Source of the DNA: Octopus sinensis
Taxonomy: Eukaryota
Direction: 5' to 3'
NCBI RefSeq assembly: GCF_006345805.1
Contig: NC_043023.1
Span: 14,818,001 to 14,882,000, forward strand
Length of the DNA: 64,000 bases
The stretch's first letter is position 1, and each line of letters starts with the position of its first letter. A program made the position numbers and the translations under genes. Of the stretch, positions 1-9,104 are shown one piece after another. The notes beneath the pieces are model-generated. The model did no database searches and was not told the origin of the DNA. It saw only the letters and a list, made by a program, of their open reading frames with translations.

Positions 1-378
1 ACCCCAAAGGCAAGACCATGACTCTAGCTACGATGTTAGCCCCCGAGATCTTCCAAGATGCACTCATCCGATACTCTCAGCCTGGCCTGTTTCACAACCT
101 CTGCCCAGATCCTTTGTTGATATTGGACACAGGATCTCTCAGTGTGGAGAGCAACAAGCTAACCCTTCTGAAATTTTGATGGAAGCTTTTAATTTAGATC
201 ACTTTACCTGCTTTTGTTGATAGTTACCGTTTATAGTAATTCCATTCACATTTAGGATGCTTTATAGGAAAATTAAATCTACCCCAGTATTTCACTGCTA
301 CCTTATTTCATCAACCCCACAATGATGACAAGTGCTAGTGTAAGTCTTCTATTATAATTCCATTGGTTTCTGGTTTAA

Positions 379-843
379 CCCTTTCGTTACCAACCCAGTT
401 GAAACCGCCTCTGGGTCTGTAGTACAAATGCCTTGTTTTCATAAGTTTTGAATAAAAATCTTCCACCAAACCTTAGTCACAATTAATGTTCCCAACACTA
501 GCTGAATGATAACTAAGTTATTTTACTAAATTCTTTGTTATATTTAAAGTAATTGAAAGAAACTTAGAACATCTCAACAGAAATAGGGTACCAAAAGGGT
601 TAAAGTCACCATGATATTTTTAACCCTTTTGATATCAACCCAGCTGAAACCAGGTCTGGCTCTGAATACAAATGCCTTGTTTTCATAAGTTTTGAATAAA
701 AATCTTCCACCAAACCTTAGCCACAATTTATGTTCCCAACACTAGCTGAATGATAACTAAGTTATTTTACTAAATTCTTTGTTATATTTAAAGTAATTGA
801 AAGAAACTTAGAGCATCTCAACAGAAATATGGTAACAAAAGGG
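379..843. mobile_element. Two tandem TTAA-flanked piggyBac-like MITEs (379-599, 624-843) with a 16-bp spacer
   Basis: TTAA|CCCTTT..TTACC ... GGTA(A/C)CAAAAGGG|TTAA termini on both copies; copies highly similar. Confidence 0.75.
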
Positions 844-1115
844 TTAAGCACAAAACCAGCAGATTTGTGGAGAGAGGTTAATTCAATACCACCGACATCA
901 GTATTTTACAGGTGTGTACTTGGTGACCCTGTCAGTGCAGGTGCCACTTAAAAGCACCCAGCCCACACTATAAAGTGGTTGGTATTTGGAAGGACATCCA
1001 GCTGTAAAAATCTTGCCAAAACTGACCTCACCTGTGCTGGTGCCATGTAGAAAGCACTACTCACCTCAAACCGCCTGTGCTGGTACCATGAAAAAAGCAC
1101 CAAGTCTGGCTAGAA

Positions 1116-1758
1116 GGCGGCAAGCTGGCAGAAACGTTAGCACGCTGGGCGAAATGCTTAGTTGGTATTTCATCTGCTGTTACTTTCTGATTTCAAATTC
1201 CGAGGTCGGCTTTGCCTTTCATCCTTTCAGGGTCGATAAATTAAGTACCAGTTACACATTGGGTCGATGTAATCGACTTAATCTGTTTGTTCCCTTTGTG
1301 TTTAGCCCCTTGTGGGTAGTAAAGAAATAGGTATTTCATCTGCAGTTACGTTCTGAGTTCAAATTCTGCTGGGGTCGACTTTGCCTTTCATCCTTTCGGA
1401 GTTGATTAAATAAGTACCAATTTCTTTACTACCCACAAGGGGCTAAACACAGAGGGGACAAACAAGGACAGACAAAGGGATTAAGTCGATTATATCGACC
1501 CCAGTGCGTAACTGGTACTTATTTAATCGACCCCCGAAAGGATGAAAGGCAAAGTCGACCTCAGCGGAATTTGAACTCAGAATGTAACGGCAGACGAAAT
1601 GCGGCTATGCATTTCGCCCGGCGTGCTAACATTTCTGCCAGCTCGCTGCCAAATAAGTACCAGTTATGCACTGGGGTCGATATAATCGACTTAATTCTTT
1701 TGTCTGTCCTTGTTTGTCTCCTCTGTGTTTAGCCCCTTGTGGGCAATAAAGAAATAAG
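1116..1758 (+). mobile_element. tRNA-headed SINE family A dimer with a nested minus-strand family A monomer (about 1420-1650)
   Basis: A box TGGCAGAAACGTTAG, B box GAGTTCAAATTC, core CCTTTCATCCTTTCGGGGTCGAT; TSD AAATAAGTACCA around the nested copy. Confidence 0.8.
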
Positions 1759-2346
1759 TCCGCCTAGAAAGGTATCCAGCTGTAAAAATTCTGCCAAAAC
1801 CATCACAGAAGTCTGGTGCAGAAACCACCCCATCCATGCCAGAGTGGAAGGCAGATGTCAAACGATGATATGATGATGACGTCGACTCCAAAAGGATAAA
1901 GGGTAAAGTAGACCACATCAGAATCCCAATTCCGAGAATATCAAGAACTGAAACAAAATGCTGCAAAGCAATTTTCTCCCTTAACAAGAACATGACAACC
2001 AAATAAAGAAAAGTCAGTTGTACAATAAGAACAACACAAAGAAGAAAAATAAACAAAAAAAAAAACAAATAAAACATCTGTTGCAAGAGCGATGCAGGGG
2101 CAACTGTAGAAAAATAAAAGTGCAACAAGATGGAGGAGATAGATCCCTTTGTGTTAAAGTTGGTTTGGTTGCCTTTTTTTTTTTATCATTATTATCATTA
2201 TTATTATTATTATCATATCTTTTGAAGTCTTTTTACTTCAGATCTAATAAAGAGTTTTGGTGGACTGTTTAAAACACTAAAAAATATGATGATGTGGTGT
2301 GTGTCTCTCTTTCTCTCTCTGTATATATATATATATATATCTATAT

Positions 2347-2650
2347 ATCAACAATCAAGGAACGGCCATAATAGGCCATTCACCCACTAGAAATAACAGC
2401 CAAAGCTTCAACCGCAAATAAAAGTCAATTCCGTAAACAGGAGAAAATTTAAAAAACATTTACCCTGTAATTTCTTATACGATGCACCGTTTCGTCTGCA
2501 GACGAAACGGTGCATCGTATAAGAAATTACAGGGTAAATGTTTTTAAAATTTTCTCCTGTTTACGGAATTGACTTTTATTTGCGGTTGAAGCTTTGGCTG
2601 TTATTTCTAGTGGGTGAATGGCCTATTATGGCCGTTCCTTGATTGTTGAT
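2347..2650. repeat. Near-perfect 304-bp palindrome with no spacer
   Basis: 152-bp arms centred on CTGCAG (2496-2501); one substitution seen. Confidence 0.95.
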
Positions 2651-2748
2651 GTTGAACTTAAAAATGGTCTATGACTATTTAATTTTTTCCCACTAGGCCG
2701 CTGGTGACAAAAAAATTCTACAAAATTTTTTTTGCCACCCTATATTGA

Positions 2749-2784
<36 letters not shown>

Positions 2785-2787
<3 letters not shown>

Positions 2788-2948
2788 CTTTATTTAAAGC
2801 AGCAGAAAATTCAACAAAACCTGCTACTCTGAGTTTCACGTTCCCATTCGTCGGACAGTTTTTGCTAGAAAAAACTGTCCGACGAACGAAAACAGGAAAC
2901 TCAGAGTAACAGGTTTTGTTGAATTTTCTGCTGCTTTAAACAAAGCAT
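2785..2948. mobile_element. Fold-back element with two inverted minimal hammerhead motifs (Penelope-like non-autonomous element)
   Basis: About 75-bp imperfect arms; hammerhead folds at 2858-2821 (-) and 2875-2912 (+); adjacent to (TA)n. Confidence 0.65.
2821..2858 (-). ncRNA. Minimal type-I hammerhead ribozyme motif, CCGACGA core variant
   Basis: CUGU-CCGACGA-AUG GGAA CGU-GAA-ACUC A GAGU-A-GCAG; stems I, II and III all pair. Confidence 0.6.
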
Positions 2949-3012
2949 ACTCTACCACTGGTATTTGAGTACTCTTTTTTCCACCTTGTTTCACATTTAT
3001 GTGTTTACTCCG

Positions 3013-3046
<34 letters not shown>

Positions 3047-3067
3047 CATATATATATATATTCTCTT

Positions 3068-3420
3068 TTACATGTTTCAGGCATTTGACTGTGGCCATGC
3101 TGGAGCACCACGTTTTAGTCGACCCCAGAACTTATTCTTTGTAAGCCTAGTACTTATTCTATCAGTCTTTTTGCCAAACCGCTAAGTTACGGGGACGTAA
3201 ACACACCAGCGATGTTGGGGGGACAAACACAGACACACACACAGATATATATATAAATATATACAACGGGCTTCTTTCAGTTTCCATTTACCAAATCCAC
3301 TCACAAGGCTTTGGTCGGCCCGAGGCTACAGTAGAAGACACTTGCCCAAGGTGCCACACAGTGGGACTGGACCCAGAACAAGTGGTTGGTAAGCAAGCTA
3401 CTTACCACAAAACCACTGCA
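3068..3420 (-). mobile_element. tRNA-headed SINE family B (internal TA/CA tract, tail CCAGCATGGCCRCAGTCAAATGACTGAAAC)
   Basis: Matches copies at about 4758-5132, 6175-6598, 20816-21242, 35405-35905, 38275-38882, 45352-45757 and 46659-47085. Confidence 0.85.
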
Positions 3421-4274
3421 TATTAGCTTCTTGGTAGTCTGTTGTGTGTGTGTGTTGCACGATTTCATATATTAATCAAAGTGTATAGAATTATATACCC
3501 ATTACAGCCAATCTCACCAGTTTCTCACTAGGAGGTTCAATGGGGTGTTAGATAACAGCCCAATTATGTATCCCTGTACTCTTCAGAGATGGCAATGTGC
3601 ATGTGGCAGAAAGGAGGTTGGAAAACAGAAATGCTTCTTATTGTCACCACCGCCCCTGCACACAGTAGGAAGGAAGTGGGGTGAGGAGAGAGATAGATGC
3701 AGTGGTCTGTTTTTTTTCTTAATTTTTTTTTTTCAAATTGTTTCATTTTTTTCTTGTTTTCTTTTTTCAAAAGTTCAACCTGCCTGCCTTCTCTCCTCCC
3801 CTCTGACCCCAACAAAACTATCAGGAGTAATACAGGCAGGGCTCGTGGTGATGGGGGGGAGGTTTTGTTTTAAATGGTGGAGGGAGTAAGGGAAAATTTC
3901 CTTTTCCTTATCTTCCTCCTCCTCAAAGAGAAGACAGACAACACTGCCACCGAGAGTCCATGTATGACAACCACCACAGAATAGGGAGGGGGTGGGGGGC
4001 ATCATACAACCACCATTTCACACTTATCTCTCTTCTCCTTAATGCAAAACAATAAAAAACCCACATAAACAAACAAAAAATGGGTCCAGAAGGCAATTAA
4101 AAGGGTTCAGGGGAGGGGAAGCTAAGCTATACATATAAAAATATGTACATACAGTCACAAGGTGTCGTCATGACGGCAGTGGTGGATGAGAAAGATGAGA
4201 GGGAGAGAAAGAACAAGGTCTTCCTCAGCCTCTCTGCCATTTTCTCCTGCGTACTCTCTGTCTGCAATAATTTT

Positions 4275-4590
4275 TTTATTTATTATTTATGCACCCTTTT
4301 CAAGCCTAGCCAGGCTCATGGGCCCGGTTTTCCGGTTTCTGTGGCGTATGTGTTCCCCCCAGCTGGACGAGATGCCAGTCCATCACAGCGTTACTCAAGA
4401 AACAGGAAGAGAGAGTGAGAGAAAGTTGGGGCGAAAGAGTAAAACAGGGGTCACCACCACCCCAGAGCCTCGTGGAGCTTTTAGGTGTTTTTGCTCAATA
4501 AACACACACAATGCCCGGTCTGGGAATCGAAACCGCGATCTTCCGACCGCAAGTCTGCTGCCCTAACCACTGGGCCATTGCGCCTCCACG
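4275..4590 (-). mobile_element. tRNA-headed SINE (family D variant)
   Basis: Head GGAGGCGCAATGGCCCAGTGGTTAGG...GTTTCGATTCC on minus; flanking duplication GTCTGCAATAATTT; related copy at about 37690-38070. Confidence 0.75.
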
Positions 4591-5458
4591 TCTGCAATAA
4601 TTTGACAAAAAAGATATGAAATGAAATTTCAGTATTCTACATCTAATTATTGCAGACGAGGAGGTGCAATGGCCCAGTGGTTAGGGCAGCGGACTCGCGG
4701 TCGGGGGGTCGTGGTTTCGATTCTCAGCCCGGGCGTTGTGTGTATTCTTTTCTTCTTGTACATGTTTCAGTCACTTGACTGCGGCCATGCTGGAGCACTG
4801 CCTTTAGTCGAGCAAATCGACCCCAGGACTTATTCTTTGTAAGCCTAGTACTTATTCTATCGGTCTCTTCTGCCGAACCGCTAGGTTACGGGGATGTAAA
4901 CACACCAGCATCGGTTGTCAAGCGATGTTGGGGGTGGACAAACACAAACACACAAACATATATATAAATATATACGACGGACTTCTTTCAGTTTACGTCT
5001 ACCAAATCCACTCACAAGGCTTTGGTCGGCCCGAGGCTATAGTAGAAGACACTTGCCCAAGGTGCCACGCAGTGGGACTGAACCTGGGACCATGTGGTTC
5101 GTAAGCAAGCTACTTACCACACAGCCACTCCTGTGTGTTTATTGTTTAGATTTAATTCCGTCCCAAAACAACTGAAAACTGTAGTAGTAGTAGTAGTTAT
5201 TTCGTCAAAAGGACCTGCAACCAAAGGTGAGAAATTAGCTATCGAAAGACATTCCATGACCCGCGTTAACCTCAGAAACTCATCCTGCATCACTTGTCGT
5301 GGAGTCAAACAAGAAGCGTTTTCTGCAGTCACCAGAGACACTCAATGCCGCTCCGAAGGGCCAAGATGGATGGCGTGAGGATGGGGGGTTTAAAAGTGTC
5401 TGAACAAGCTTCACCAGTAGTAAACGACAGATAAAGGGTTCCACAAGGTGTTGCTAAA

Positions 5459-5747
5459 TCTTTATATATAAAAGTAAGGTTGTGTGTCTGTCTCCTACGA
5501 TTTAGATTCCTAACTACTCCCACATTTTGCGGTGCAGTTTAACCAAAAGCGAGTATCTTATAGTCATGATTCATATCGAGCCCTTCTGGGTATTAGCGCG
5601 TATCTACGATGAGTCTACGATTTAAAAAAAAATTTACCATCATTTTCCCCCATTTTTAATGCATTTTTTTGCTATTATATAAGGGAAGTAACTCTCTAAA
5701 AATGCTTATATAGTTATTTCCCTTACAAACCCGAGCGATACTGCTAG
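5459..5747 (+). mobile_element. Non-autonomous Helitron
   Basis: Inserted A|T, 5' TC(T)TTATATATAAAA, 3' ACCCGAGC..CTAG; an empty-site paralogue sits in the adjacent duplicate at about 5890. Confidence 0.75.
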
Positions 5748-6174
5748 TAACCTATAAAGATAATTTGTTTATAGTGATCAAATGAGACACTCAAAGCTGC
5801 TCTGAAGGGCCAAGATGGATGAGTGGGGATGTGGGGTTTAAATGGGTCTGAGCAAGCTTCACCAGTAGTAAACGAGAGATAAAGGGTTCCACAAGTTATT
5901 GCTAAACATTCTATAAAGATAATTTGTTTATAGTGATCAAATGTTTGTGATGTACAATGAGTTTACTTCTTTCTATCAAATCGACGTTGCCCAAACTGGG
6001 GCACAGCGCGCTATATGTCCGATGTCAAAATGATCGCAGAACGATGTGAAATGAAGTGCTTTGCTCAACAACTTAATGCACTGCCTGGTCTAGAAATTGA
6101 ACCAATGATCTTGCCCGCTGTAGTGCCACATCCCTACTCACTAGGCCACATGCCTTCACAGTAGCTACTGATAC

Positions 6175-6389
6175 TCTTTTACTCTTGACTCTTTTACTTG
6201 TTTCAGTCATTTGACTGCGGCCATGCTGGAGCACCGCCTTTAATCGAGCAACTCGACCCCGGGACTTATTCTTTTGTAAGCCCAGTACTTATTCTATCGG
6301 TCTCTTTTGCCGAACCGCTAAGTAACGGGGACATAAACACACCAGCATCGGTTGTCAAGCAATGCTAGGGGACAAACACAGACACACAA

Positions 6390-6432
<43 letters not shown>

Positions 6433-6598
6433 TACGACAGGCTTCTTTCAGTTTCCGTCTACCAAATCCACTCACAAGGCTTTGGTCGGCCCGAGGCTAT
6501 AGTAGAAGACACTTGCCCAAGGTGCCACGCAGTGGGACTGAACCTGGAACCATGTGGTTGGTAGACAAGCTACTTACCACACAGCCACTCCTGCGCCT
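6175..6598 (-). mobile_element. SINE family B, full length
   Basis: Head GGCGCAGGAGTGGCTGTGTGGTAAG, B-box-like GGTTCAGTCCC, (GTAAAAGA)n tail. Confidence 0.88.
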
Positions 6599-9104
6599 GA
6601 TGTATGCAAAAAAAACAAAAAAAAAACAAAACAGAACTGCAACAAATAAATAAATACCTCAAAAAGTTGACTTTGCCTTTAAATTAGATTGAAAGAAAAA
6701 CAATTAAAAATCATAATTAAAAAAAAAAAAAATTTGATCTGCATTTAACAACTCCTAAACATTTAAAACAAAAAAAGAAGAAAAAAAAAGACAGGGAGGG
6801 GAAGAGATAAGAAATTTTATAATTAATTTCACAGAAATATTAACGTACATGCTGAGGAAGGAGGCAGGGACAGTTGGAGAGCGAGAAGGAAAGAGAGAGA
6901 ATAAAAGAAGAACAAAAACAACAATCTCCATGCCCTGCCCCCCCAAGGTAATGTGACAGCTACAGATAAATTGTTTGGTTGTAATGAACAGTAGTAGTCT
7001 GTACAACCCACCACCAACACCACCGCATCTTCCAAAACACATCTTCTCCCTCGTCTCCATCCCCTACAACTCCCGTTGGTCATTTCTTTCTTCTCCCACA
7101 CTGTCTTTTTCTCTTTTTTTGTTCATCCCTTTCATATCTCATCATTTTTGCTGCTTTTCTTCTACAACACAACACTTCATTCTCACAAATCTCTACGTTT
7201 CTATTCAAACAACAAGCTTGCATTTTACTGTAGTAGTAGTAGTAGCAGTAATAATAGTAGTAGCAGTAATTGTTGTTCATGATGACTTTATTAAAGATAT
7301 CAGATTGAGAGAGAGAGAGATAGAAAGAGAAAGAAGAGAGAGAGAGAGAGAGAGAGAGAGTGACAATCTAGAGTAAGTACGACCATTGCAGAACCCGAGA
7401 GAGCCGGGGTTGGTCCGGATCACCAATCGCCCGGTAATAATTCAAGTCCATCTCTCGAGCCTGTCGGTGCTAAAAGTCATCGAAACATCAAGCTTAGAGT
7501 TTTGATGGGAGTCTTGTTTCGACATGAGGTCTCGACTAATGTGTGTGACTTTATCAAAGTTCGAGTTCAAGTCCAAGTCAAGTTCAGTCAGAGAGTTATC
7601 TCCACTTGGCGTTTACAGTTCCTTGGAGTCGACAGCGACATTTTCAGTGTTTTTTTTTTATTTATTTTGTTTATTTTGTTTTGCTTTCAATTATTCTTTT
7701 TTTTTTGTATAGTTGAGTGTAGTTTTATTTAAATGGTGATAAAGACTAGAATATGACATTTCAGAGTTTGGAGTTGGAGTGGAGCTGGAGTTTGAGTTCG
7801 AGTGGAGCATCCAGTTTCTTTGTTGTTTGTTTTGTTGTTTTTTTTTTGTTTTGTTTTGTTTGTTTATGGTAATTTTATTTTGCCTTTTTTGTCTTCTTCT
7901 TCGAGTGCAGCTTTATTTTAGTTATTTATTTAATTTTTTTTTTGTTTCTTTGTAGCAATGAATATTTACAACGATTACAAAAAAAAAAAAACAATAATGA
8001 AGAGGAAAAAAAAAAACAAACACAGCCAGAGCTGACAACAAGAGTAATGGTGGTGGTTGTGGTGGTGGTGGTCGTGGTGGTGGAGAGGTGAGACTGTACA
8101 ACACAAGGAATTGGTGGGATGGGAGTGGGGGGGGGTGTAGTTAAATGGTTCCCAAAAGTTCCTGGTTTTTGGTTTTTTTTTTCAGGTGAAAACAGACACA
8201 CAGACAGACAGACAGACACAAAGGACTTTCTCTCTCTGGTTGTTAGCAATGGAGAGTATTGACCCCACCCCCTAAACGTCAGTGAGATAGAGAGAGAAAG
8301 AGATGTATATAGAGATATATACATACACACACACACACACACACACATACATACATACATACATACATACACACACACAGTCTGTGTCTCTTTAAGGTTC
8401 CCCAGATGCTTTGAAGAGGCTGGAGTGTGTTTCACAGATGGGGGGTTAGAACTGGATGGGGGGAGATGGGAGTAAGGCTGACAAAAAAAAACAGGGAAAA
8501 AAAGGGGGGAGAGACAGAGACAGAGAGAATATTAGGTGCATGAAGGGTGTGTGTGTGTGTGTGTGTGTGGTGTAGTGGAAGGGGGGAGAGGACAAGTTAA
8601 GACAGGGAAGAGAAAGAGAGAAGAGTTGAAGGATGGGAAGCGATGGGGGTGGAATGGGGATCAGGGCTCAGGGGTCAGACAAACAGAGATGGCAAGAGGG
8701 GGGAATAGAAAGACCAAAAAAAAAAAAGAAAAAGACTTCCAATGACTATGTACAAACTGATCATGTGATGAAGATGATGATGATGTTGATGATGATGATG
8801 AAGATGGTGGTTGGTTTGTTTGTTGGTTGGTTGGTTGGTGGTAGTGGTGATGATGATGATGATGGTGGCGGCGGCGGTGCAGTTGATGTACGGCGAAGAA
8901 TGTAGAGATGACAAGAGGTGGTGGAGGCAGGAGCGGGGGAGAGCATGACGGAAAGAGAGGGAGAGAGGGGGGTGGAAGAGAAAGATGGAGAAAGAGAGAG
9001 AGAGGTCGGCCAGAGAGACGGGAAGAGATGAGATGATTGAGGAGCCCCCCCGGGGGCTAGTTGGCAGGGCAGGGCGAGAAAAAGGGATCGGGGGGGGCCA
9101 AGTA

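Noticed and set aside
5200-5340. Complex segment open on both strands, possible exon of another gene
   Set aside because: No recognisable homology or convincing splice pair.
6600-9104. KAT6 polyadenylation site
   Set aside because: Many AATAAA candidates on minus in A/T-rich sequence; none can be chosen without transcript data.
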